From an uncultured Acidimicrobiia bacterium (GTDB taxonomy: Bacteria > Acidobacteriota > Terriglobia > Versatilivoradales > Versatilivoraceae): DNA of 64,000 nt. A model generated the notes under the pieces. It saw only the letters and a program-made list of their open reading frames with translations, was not told the DNA's origin and ran no database searches. Below are positions 11,268 to 19,689 of this stretch, piece by piece; the first letter of the stretch is position 1; each line of letters begins with the position of its first letter. The stretch lies in assembly GCA_963786955.1 (NCBI GenBank), contig CAWBAT010000005.1, forward strand, positions 320,001 to 384,000, read 5' to 3'. Both the position numbers and the translations under genes were made by a program.

Positions 11268-11420
11268 TAGTTTGCTAAGAAACTCGCTTTTAGCCGGGGT
11301 CGTTGACCCCGGCCTGATTTCCGTCAACTCGCAGGCCCAACACATTCGGAAAGAGTTAGGGTTTGTCCTATTACCCCAGCCTATGGCACGACGAGATAAA
11401 GATTGATTTACGATGTAGTT

Positions 11421-11752
11421 GTAGCGCAGAGGCGCTTTTTGCCTCTGCGGCTTTGAAAGTAGCACAATACGCCCCGCAAGGTTCACTGCCGCAGACTTAG
11501 AAATCAGAGGCGCTTTTTGCCTCTGCGGCTTTAAAAGTAGCACAATACGCCCCGCAAGGTTCACTGCCGCAGACTTAGAAATCAGAGGCGCTTTTTGCCT
11601 CTGCGGCTTTAAAAGTAGCACAATACGCCCCGCAAGGTTCACTGCCGCAGACTTAGAAATCAGAGGCGCTTTTTGCCTCTGCGGCTTTAAAAGTAGCACA
11701 ATACGCCCCGCAAGGTTCACTGCCGCAGACCTAGAAATCAGGTCTGCGCTAC
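11421..11752. repeat. REP doublet (GTAGCG...CGCTAC) containing four tandem 78-bp units
   Basis: Units start at 11427, 11505, 11583 and 11661 (cagaggcgctttttgcctctgcgg...gcagacttagaaat); only two substitutions seen among copies. Confidence 0.95.
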
Positions 11753-11931
11753 TGTTGCGGTTTTAGCCGGGATTACTAATCCCGGCTACAGCTTTGGTCA
11801 GAGCCGCCGACAGCTATAAATAATTTCTACAGCTCTAAAGAGTGGACCGAGGGTTTACGAGATGGAGTGGGATGGCGGGTCAACCCCTTCAGGATCTTAG
11901 AGCATTCCCCCGAAAGAAAGTAGACGCCGAG

Positions 11932-13038
11932 ATGACACGCAAACTTTCTTTTTTTCAAATACTCCGATGGGGCAACGCGCTTTTTATGCTCTGTCTGGTA
12001 CTGGCGCTACTCTCAACTGGCTGCGCGTTTCGGGTCGGACCAAAAACTGTGGCTCGTGACCGCTTTGATTATTCTTCTGCCATAGACACGTCGTGGAAAG
12101 AACAGATGCTGTTGAACATGGTCAGAAACCGGTATATGGATCCTCCGTTTTTCATGGATGTGACCCAGGTGGTAGCCAGTTATAACTTCGGGGGAGAGGC
12201 AGCGATCAACGCCCCGGATTGGAAGGGTAACCCCGTTGGACCTGCTGCCGGCGCCTCGGGCCATTGGACTGAGAGCCCGACCATCACCTACAGCCCCTTA
12301 GCAGGAGATCTATTCATTAAAAGCTTGCTGAAGCCGATTTCCCCGGCTTCCCTTTTTTTCCTCGTGCAGGGCGGTTGGCCCATCGATATTGTCTTTGCGG
12401 TCGCCGTAAAATCAATCAACGGATTGCATGCCGGTTCAACTATTTTGGTGCAACGGCAGGCGCCGGACCTATCATTCTATCAAGTTTTGAAATTCATGCG
12501 AGAGCTGCAGATGACAGATTCCTTTGCTCTGCGAGTCATCGAAAAGGGCGAGGGAACCAGCTTGATTTTCAAACCACGTAGTACGGACGAGGAGATGAAG
12601 GCCAAAGCACTTGAAGTCCGAAAAATGCTTGGACTCGACTTGACGGTCCACGAATTTCGGCTCGCGACAGGCGCGGTTCAAATGGACAACCACGAAATTG
12701 CCATGGTCACACGCTCCATGCTGGAGATCCTATCGGAAGCTGCCGCAGGCGTACAGATCCCCCAGAGCGATCTCGATGAAGGCCGCGCCACGAACCGAGC
12801 CCTCTTAAAGGCAGAGACTGAAGCAATACCTAAGTTTGCGATTCATGTCCACTCGGCTGACAAGAAGCCACCATCCGAGGAGGTCTACGCGGCAGTACAT
12901 TACCACGGGCACTGGTTCTGGATTGAGGATCGTGACTTGCCCTCCAAGCGAGGCATGTCCTTTATGCTTGGGCTATTCACCTTGGCCGAATCCGGACCAG
13001 TCGCGCCTCCTCCATCACTGACCATTTCCAGACCCTGA
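11932..13038 (+). CDS. Putative lipoprotein, hypothetical
   Basis: Lipobox LSTGC after a hydrophobic stretch; DRFDYSSAI..SWKEQMLLNMVR.RY and PTITYSPL motifs. Start may be 11842. Confidence 0.8.
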   Translation: MTRKLSFFQILRWGNALFMLCLVLALLSTGCAFRVGPKTVARDRFDYSSAIDTSWKEQMLLNMVRNRYMDPPFFMDVTQVVASYNFGGEAAINAPDWKGNPVGPAAGASGHWTESPTITYSPLAGDLFIKSLLKPISPASLFFLVQGGWPIDIVFAVAVKSINGLHAGSTILVQRQAPDLSFYQVLKFMRELQMTDSFALRVIEKGEGTSLIFKPRSTDEEMKAKALEVRKMLGLDLTVHEFRLATGAVQMDNHEIAMVTRSMLEILSEAAAGVQIPQSDLDEGRATNRALLKAETEAIPKFAIHVHSADKKPPSEEVYAAVHYHGHWFWIEDRDLPSKRGMSFMLGLFTLAESGPVAPPPSLTISRP

Positions 13039-13042
13039 CAAA

Positions 13043-13455
13043 GTAGCAACGGGCCTCCTGGCCTGTTGTCTGAAGTTTGGACATTTGTGCAGGCCAGAGG
13101 CCCGCACCACAAACTTGTGGTGCAGGCGTCCTCGCCTGCCCCCAAGCGGCCTGAAAGGTCGCCACTGCGGGCGGGACGCCCGCGCTCCCAGGGCAATCCC
13201 TTCTACTCTTCCAAGTCTGATTCAACCTGCCGAGATTAATTGTCGCTTCGTGGTCATGTTTCACCATTTCAAACCGAAACGCTTATTTAGATCATTGGCA
13301 GCGCTTGACTACCCTATCTGCGGCATTCTGCCTTTGACAAAATGTCCAATCTCCAGGCAGCAGGCCTTCCGCCTGTTGTCGGGGGCCAGCGGCCCCCGGC
13401 TTCAATCTTTAACTTTCCACCCACCCACGACAGGCGTGGACGCCTGTCGCTACAA
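13043..13455. repeat. Mosaic of REP-like palindromes between convergent genes
   Basis: gtagcaacgggcctcctggcctgttg; gcaggcgtcctcgcctgc; gcgggcgggacgcccgcgctccc; ggggccagcggcccc; acaggcgtggacgcctgtcgctac. Confidence 0.75.
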
Positions 13456-13466
13456 CGCAGGTCAAG

Positions 13467-14867
13467 CTAGCGGTGGCGCCCGATCATATCTCGATACGCT
13501 TTCGCGGCAGGAGTCGAAACCCTTTGGAGATTGCCCCCTGCTTCGGCCTGAATTCGGTACAGGCCGTTGTTCCAACCTCCCTCGTAGATGAAATCTGCCA
13601 GAGGAAGAGATGCATTCTCCCGGTAATCCCATTGAATGGTGTCGAAAAGCGGCCACCAATTGACTCCTTTCAGCGGAACGTTTTGGCGATGCATTTCAGC
13701 AACCCATTCTCCCAGAGCATTGATGTACGCAACCCGGGCCTCAATGCTGCGACCGGCGCTCGTTTCGGTGAGATAAACCGGTAGATCGAAATAGCGTTGA
13801 GCTTGGACGAGTCCGGGAGTTAGAAATGCCGCCGCGTCTCGAGCCGCTTTTTCGAGTGGAATGGTTCCATCTTTCGTGAAGTCTTTCGTTCTTTGTTCCT
13901 GACTCTCACCCCAGCCGTAGGCAAAGTCCGGATAGAAGTTGTACCCTAGAATGTCTGGTTTACGCGCATTCGACCGGAACCAAGCCAGCTCCTGACTCTT
14001 CACTCCCCACTTCTCAAGGAAGGCTGCGAATGGATGCCCCGCACCAATTTTTCCATAAGCTAAAGATGCCGGGTAACAGGACGAAGCCAGAGTGAGTTCA
14101 AGTCGACTCGGATCACCATTTGGGACCCCCAGAAATTGATCCACGACGCCCATCATCCATGGATCAATGGACACGATCACGGCATCAGGGACGACCGCGC
14201 GAATCGCTTCCATTTCCAACACCACGCCTTTTGCTACCGTCACGCCAATCTTTGCCCAACCTTCTACAGTCTTTTGATAAGGCGGCCAGCGCCCGATGAG
14301 TCCACAAAATAGGCAGGTGAGCTGGGGTTCGTTGTGAGGGGAGTAATGATTCACCAATCCTTTGAAGTGAGTGGCCATCGCTCCAGCGTACTTTGCAATC
14401 GCCTCGGGGAAACGCTCGTCGATAACCCCGTCGGGCATCCAAACGGGTGTGCCGTAGTGGATTAGATCCATGATCGGAATGATTTTTAGTTTGTTTACCA
14501 GGTACTCGACCGGTTTGTCAATCCAGCTCCAATCATAAATACCCGGCTTGGGCTCAGCCTTGTACCATGGGACTGAGTAGCGAATACAGTTCACACCTGT
14601 AAACCGAAGCAGGTCCAGATCTTCCTTCCATTTGTCGTCGTGTTGCATCTGGAGGTAAACGTCGAGTAGGCGACGATTACCATCGCGTGCGGGATCGGTT
14701 TGGGCCATCCAGCAGTTCTCTATCCCGATGCCCCAATAAAATTTCGGATTAGGCAATGGAGTCGTCCGTTGGTTGGCACCAATGATTTCCGTGTTGCCCA
14801 GGAGTGCTGAACCTCCTGCCAAAAGCATGTCTTTCAGAAACTCACGTCGTGCTCTTACCGGTCTCAT
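13467..14867 (-). CDS. Tat-exported GH1-like (GH-A clan) glycoside hydrolase
   Basis: Tat motif ARREFLK; IRYSVPW, DLIHYGTP, acid/base HNEP, nucleophile YLTETS, GVNWWPL. Confidence 0.85.
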   Translation of the reverse strand: MRPVRARREFLKDMLLAGGSALLGNTEIIGANQRTTPLPNPKFYWGIGIENCWMAQTDPARDGNRRLLDVYLQMQHDDKWKEDLDLLRFTGVNCIRYSVPWYKAEPKPGIYDWSWIDKPVEYLVNKLKIIPIMDLIHYGTPVWMPDGVIDERFPEAIAKYAGAMATHFKGLVNHYSPHNEPQLTCLFCGLIGRWPPYQKTVEGWAKIGVTVAKGVVLEMEAIRAVVPDAVIVSIDPWMMGVVDQFLGVPNGDPSRLELTLASSCYPASLAYGKIGAGHPFAAFLEKWGVKSQELAWFRSNARKPDILGYNFYPDFAYGWGESQEQRTKDFTKDGTIPLEKAARDAAAFLTPGLVQAQRYFDLPVYLTETSAGRSIEARVAYINALGEWVAEMHRQNVPLKGVNWWPLFDTIQWDYRENASLPLADFIYEGGWNNGLYRIQAEAGGNLQRVSTPAAKAYRDMIGRHR

Positions 14868-14923
14868 CCTTCAATTCGCTCCACGCTAGGATTTGAAACT
14901 ATGAAAAACCTCACGACATAAGA

Positions 14924-15011
14924 GTAGCAACAGGCCTCCTGGCCTGTTGTCCGGCTGTAGCCGGGGAAGTTGACCCCGGCCCCGATTGCCGGGATCAACA
15001 ATCCCAGCTAA
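14924..15011. repeat. REP cluster
   Basis: gtagcaacaggcctcctggcctgttg (near copy of 13043) plus gtagccggggaagttgaccccggc and gccgggatcaacaatcccagcta. Confidence 0.75.
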
Positions 15012-15407
15012 AACATCATCGATTCGAGAAACGACAATCATGAACGGCTCTCGACGCTACACATCATGGGAGCATCAAGCCTGCCGGCCCAATGTCCGCG
15101 GGATTAGGCAAGGGCCGGTTCTTTTCCACCAGCAACGCGCTTCTCCAGGGGTAATCCCTCGCCTTCTTTCGGAATTCACTAAACCCGTCGGCTTCCCTTG
15201 GAAAGCCTAATCATAACCTGAGAGCGACAATCCGGACATTTCTATTTCAGGTGGCCAAGTACTTTTCGGCCGAACGAATTGTGGAAAGTCATCGCTTGAA
15301 GGCAAGCGATCGACCCAAAATCACCCCAGCAACTGGACTCAGTTGAGACTGGTTCGGTCTTTTCGATCTCATCAATTTTTTTTATACATTACATCAAATT
15401 TATAAAC

Positions 15408-15436
15408 TTGCTTTTATCCTCACTCGCCTCTAGATT
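15408..15436 (+). promoter_or_regulatory. Putative sigma70 promoter
   Basis: TTGCTT-17bp-TAGATT preceded by a very AT-rich UP-like tract. Confidence 0.5.
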
Positions 15437-15520
15437 ACCAGCCAGACTGTCGCAGATGAGGACGGTCCATGAAATCAGTGATTGGCTAAGATTTCCGACT
15501 CTAACTAATCGTTGAAGGAC

Positions 15521-15574
15521 AAAGGCGTCCTGGAACGGAATGCAGTATCCCCCTCCAGACGCCTTTTCTTTTTT
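15521..15574 (+). terminator. Intrinsic terminator-like hairpin in the leader of the 1133-aa gene
   Basis: aaggcgtc(c)tgga...tccagacgcctt stem followed by ttctttttt. Confidence 0.55.
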
Positions 15575-15985
15575 CAGAGGTTCTTGGTCCGTTCAATGCG
15601 CCGGTGATCCGGTGGATTGGGAACAACCTAAAAGGTCATGAATCGGCGCCAGCCGGAACCCACAGGCTTCTCTTGGAAAACCCAATGATACCTGAGAGCT
15701 ACAAACCGGACTTTTCTAATTTGGTAAGAAGCGAACATTTCTAATTTGGGTGGAAATTTCATTCTATGGTGGTTGACGACGCGTGATTTGATTAGGTAGA
15801 ATTTGAAATCTTGTGCAATGAGCGGTTCAAAATAGTGATGTGCGCGTCTTGCGGATCGTTGATGCACAAGACCTGCTGCTCGACCTGAGCGACTAGTAAT
15901 TTTCGGACAATTTTCAGAAATATGGCAATGTCGAACTGAGCGTCGACACTTGCCCAATAAGATTCTTTCTTATTGAGGGGGATTG

Positions 15986-18900
15986 ATGATGCAGACTTCA
16001 TTTTCACCACTGGGCACAGTTTCTCATGGTCATCGACTCATGCGTTTGACTGCTGCATTAGGGTTACTGTTGGTGTTGGGGTTTGCACAAACAGGGCTGG
16101 CGCAAAATCAATTAAACTTTTTCAATAATTATTTTGTCACCGGCGACTATGTCGTCGGCGGCGTGGGACTGCGAGGCCTAGGGATCCAAGGTTACGCGAC
16201 AGGGGATATCATTATTCCCAATGCCTCGGGCGTGCCGGCAGGAGCCGACATTATCGCGGCCTTGCTCTACTGGCAGACTGTCGAAAGCTCACAGACAAGT
16301 TTCGCCGGGCAGCAAGGGTTTTTTCGCGGGTATTCCATCACCGGATCCGTACTGGGAAACCCGAATGCGCCGGTGTCCTGGAGTTCAGGCGGTTGCAACG
16401 GCTCATCCAGCGGGTCAAAAACGATGCGGACCTATCGTGCGGATGTCCGCCCCTATCTGCAGGTTGATGCAAAAGGGAATGTTCAGCCTAATATTTCTTA
16501 CCAGGTACGGCTGGCAGATAGTGGAAGCAGCGGCGGTGGAGTCCCTCTTACTTTGGGTGCAACCCTTGTCCTCATCTACCGGGTTCTGGACAAGAACGTT
16601 CCGCTGAACGCCATCACTATTTACGACGGCGCCTTTGCCCCGAGCAATAGCGGAGATACCATGAGCCAGAACATCCAGGGCTTTTATCAGCCTACTCAAC
16701 CTCCTGGAGGGATATCCGCGAAGCTGACCCACATCGTAGGCAACGGCCAGCCCAATAAGTTTGAGCAGGTACTTTTCAACGGAATCCCCCTTACACCTGC
16801 GAATAGTGCAGCCTTCCCTGGCATCTATAACGGCTCATGGGACAATCCCACCTGGGCGGTGAGTCAGTACATGAGTGCGGCGGATATTTCGCAGACAACC
16901 TCGGTGGTGCCGTCCGGCAGCAATGGCGGCTGTGTGTCATGGGGCGCCGTTATCCTCGGCACGACGGTCCAGAATAGTGACAAGGACGGCCTGCTGGACA
17001 TTTGGAAGACGAATTCCGGATACTGCAGCGCCGCGGTAAACGGGGGAGTGTGTAATCCTGGGGACCCCTCGTGGGTAGCTCTTCCGGGAGCGAGACTTGG
17101 GCAAAAAGACGTCTTTGTTCAGCTTGACTACATGTGCAGCGTCATCAATCCGGATGGCACCTGTAACTCGACCGGGGTTTCATATCTGCCTAGGTCCCAA
17201 GCTCTATCGATGGTGAGTAGCGCGTTCGCTGCGCACGGCATCGAGCTGCATTATGACATTAAGAATGTTGTTCCCGTGCAAGCCTGCATTGATAAACCCA
17301 CCGCCACGCCGCCGCAGTACTGTTCGTTCCCCGATCAGCCCGGAGTAGTGGGCTGGAAGGGAGGATTCGAGTTTCTCAAGAATCAGCCGCTGAACTATCC
17401 GGATGAGATCTCGTGTGAGCAGCAGCTGAGTGGCCCGTGTATAAGGCGCTTCCAGCCCGGGAGGAAGGACAGCTACCACTATGGACTTTTCGGAGCGGGT
17501 GTCGCGCGGCCGAATTGGAGCTTCCAGGATGGAACACTGGTCAGCATTATGGGTTCCGGCAACACCGCAACGTTCACCACCTCAAAGCCACACGGACTTC
17601 AAGTGTTTAACGCACAAGGCAAACCTGAACGGGTCACTATCAGCGACGCCATCACCAACCCAAACCTGTCTGGGGTTTACTTTATCCAGAGTGTCACCGA
17701 GACCAGTTTCACGGTACAGGTGGCCAATTCAACGGGTGCTGTGTATGCGTACAGCCAGTCGTCCGACCCGCATCTCTCCGTGACGTCAAGCCACGTCGGC
17801 AGTGCATCAGGTGTATCTGATATCGGAGGCGCAGACTCGCTCATCACCTTGGGATTTTGGGGACCCGACGGCCAATCAACTCAAGTTCAAGCCGGTACCT
17901 TCATGCATGAGCTGGGGCATTCGCTGGCGTTAACTCATGGGGGATACTCCTTCGACACCCCTGGCAGCTACGTAGCGACGGTCGAGCCCAACTGCAAACC
18001 AAACTTTCAGAGCGTGATGAACTACCAGTTCCAGGTGGACCTGCTGGGACCCAATGGTGCTCTTGACTTCTCGAGTCAGAAGCTGAGCGACTTAAACGAA
18101 ACCGGTCTCGCACCCACCATAACAACAACGGATGGGTCGGCGATTGCGTTTCCAACGACGAGGTGGTATGACGCTATACCGCAAAACGGAATTGGAACTG
18201 CGGCCACCCGCCACTGTGACGGCTCACCGCTATCACCACTCACTGACCCGAACCCCACGATGTATCGTTATGAGGGTCCAACGCCGCCGCCGGCGAGTTC
18301 CAGTCCAACAATACCCATTTCTTGGTCGGCTACTTCTCTGGACATTAATTTCGACGGCAAGTGGAGTGCTCTCCTTCCTGCCCCTCCCCTCCGAGGATAT
18401 AACGACTGGTCGAATATTGATCTCCGCCAGATTGGCGCGACCGGCAGCGACATTGCCGGCGGCGGCTTGCTCGGTAACGGTGGAGGCTTGCTCGGTAACG
18501 GCGGCGGGCTATTAGGCAACGGCGGAGGTTTACTAGGCAACGGTGGTGGCCTGTTAGGGAATGGCGGCGGTCTGCTGGGCAATGGTGGCGGGTTGCTTGG
18601 AAACGGCGGTGGCCTGTTGGGGAATGGTGGTGGCGTAGGAAACGGGGAGATTTCTTTTCAGACGGCCAACTCCGTAGTCCGTCCTGCCAAGAATCTAACT
18701 TCAGCCGTTACGGCACCCCCGCGCAAGATACAACTCAACTGGACGGCGCCCGGCTTTGGCCAGATCAGCTCGTATAACATTTACCGGGCCGCAAACGGAG
18801 TGCCGGTTGCTCCTCGTTACGATTCTGTCACAGGCAACCCGTTGGCAACTTCCTACCTCGACACGAACGTCACCTGCGGTCCTCTGTACACGTATTTTGT

Positions 18901-19387
18901 GACTGCAGTCCTTTCCGACGGTCGCGAGAGTGCTCCTTCGAACTCCGTGAGTCAAAAGGCCTGTGGACCGCTTTACACTTTCACCGGGTTCTTCTCCCCG
19001 CTCTCACCGGCGGGAGATAGCTCCAACTCCGGTTCGTTTAACCTGTCGAAGTCTGTCACCGCAAAATGGACGTTGCAAGACAGCAGCGGTAAGTACGTTG
19101 GCAACTTAAATGCAAATTCGTTGGTTGCTGTCGGGCCGATCCCACTGGTAAACGGAACGTGTCCGCTTCCCAGTAACGTCCCGGTGTATCTCAATTACAC
19201 GGGACCTTCTTCGATACTGTACTCGCCTTCGAGCGGCGCAAAGGGGAAAAGCACGTTCCGCATTGCCACCTCGAACAACCAGTTCATCTTTAACTGGGAC
19301 ACCTCTTCGTTTCTTCCGGGTTGCTATGTCCTCGAGTTGGATTTAGACAGCGGCCAGGTGGAGAGGACTACGCTGAAATTGCAGTAG
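15986..19387 (+). CDS. Large secreted multidomain protein: beta-sandwich, metzincin-like Zn protease, (GGGLLGN)8, FN3 and PxKF-like C-terminal domain
   Basis: SD gagggg; signal peptide; SDKDGLLDIW...QKDVFVQLDYM; HELGHSLALTH and Met-turn SVMNY; FN3 (IQLNWTAP...YNIYR...YTYFVTAV...ESAPSN); YTFTGFFSPL...FNWDT...GCYVLELDL. Confidence 0.85.
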   Translation: MMQTSFSPLGTVSHGHRLMRLTAALGLLLVLGFAQTGLAQNQLNFFNNYFVTGDYVVGGVGLRGLGIQGYATGDIIIPNASGVPAGADIIAALLYWQTVESSQTSFAGQQGFFRGYSITGSVLGNPNAPVSWSSGGCNGSSSGSKTMRTYRADVRPYLQVDAKGNVQPNISYQVRLADSGSSGGGVPLTLGATLVLIYRVLDKNVPLNAITIYDGAFAPSNSGDTMSQNIQGFYQPTQPPGGISAKLTHIVGNGQPNKFEQVLFNGIPLTPANSAAFPGIYNGSWDNPTWAVSQYMSAADISQTTSVVPSGSNGGCVSWGAVILGTTVQNSDKDGLLDIWKTNSGYCSAAVNGGVCNPGDPSWVALPGARLGQKDVFVQLDYMCSVINPDGTCNSTGVSYLPRSQALSMVSSAFAAHGIELHYDIKNVVPVQACIDKPTATPPQYCSFPDQPGVVGWKGGFEFLKNQPLNYPDEISCEQQLSGPCIRRFQPGRKDSYHYGLFGAGVARPNWSFQDGTLVSIMGSGNTATFTTSKPHGLQVFNAQGKPERVTISDAITNPNLSGVYFIQSVTETSFTVQVANSTGAVYAYSQSSDPHLSVTSSHVGSASGVSDIGGADSLITLGFWGPDGQSTQVQAGTFMHELGHSLALTHGGYSFDTPGSYVATVEPNCKPNFQSVMNYQFQVDLLGPNGALDFSSQKLSDLNETGLAPTITTTDGSAIAFPTTRWYDAIPQNGIGTAATRHCDGSPLSPLTDPNPTMYRYEGPTPPPASSSPTIPISWSATSLDINFDGKWSALLPAPPLRGYNDWSNIDLRQIGATGSDIAGGGLLGNGGGLLGNGGGLLGNGGGLLGNGGGLLGNGGGLLGNGGGLLGNGGGLLGNGGGVGNGEISFQTANSVVRPAKNLTSAVTAPPRKIQLNWTAPGFGQISSYNIYRAANGVPVAPRYDSVTGNPLATSYLDTNVTCGPLYTYFVTAVLSDGRESAPSNSVSQKACGPLYTFTGFFSPLSPAGDSSNSGSFNLSKSVTAKWTLQDSSGKYVGNLNANSLVAVGPIPLVNGTCPLPSNVPVYLNYTGPSSILYSPSSGAKGKSTFRIATSNNQFIFNWDTSSFLPGCYVLELDLDSGQVERTTLKLQ
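18458..18625 (+). repeat. Coding heptapeptide repeat (GGGLLGN)x8
   Basis: Eight perfect amino-acid copies encoded by extensively different synonymous codons. Confidence 0.97.
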
Positions 19388-19439
19388 GCTTGTTTCCAAG
19401 CTGCATTCAACCGGCGACTTTTTGGATTTTCCTCTGCTG

Positions 19440-19569
19440 GAAACTGTGAAAAATTTAGAAATTGCGCGCAAGCGCCGCGTGGGGTCACGCGGCCTACAAT
19501 GATTCGAAATGCCTTTCAGACGCGTTGTAGGCCCGATGACCTTACCGGGCATAGCTTTTTCACAGCTTC
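19440..19569. mobile_element. MITE-like element with TIRs enclosing a CTAC/GTAG REP pair (copy 1)
   Basis: gaaactgtgaaaaa...tttttcacagcttc ends; core ccgcgtggggtcacgcggcctacaat...gttgtaggc shared with 26255 and 33111. Confidence 0.7.
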
Positions 19570-19689
19570 AGGAGTGTAGGGGTGGGTCCCTCAGCGAAAT
19601 AAAGGCGGGCACGTATGCCCTCTCGCCAAGTGGTAGTCATGCGCGCCGCTGAGTGTTAATCCGTGGGCACACAGGGTTTTCATACGTTT

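Noticed and set aside
11058-11720. 220-aa ORF with 26-aa repeats
   Set aside because: By-product of the 78-bp DNA repeat; overlaps the real + strand gene and has no RBS.
11427-11738. CRISPR array
   Set aside because: Units are identical over their full length, with no unique spacers and no cas genes.
15628-16010. Minus-strand ORFs in the leader of the large protease gene
   Set aside because: Short, atypical composition, no recognisable homology.
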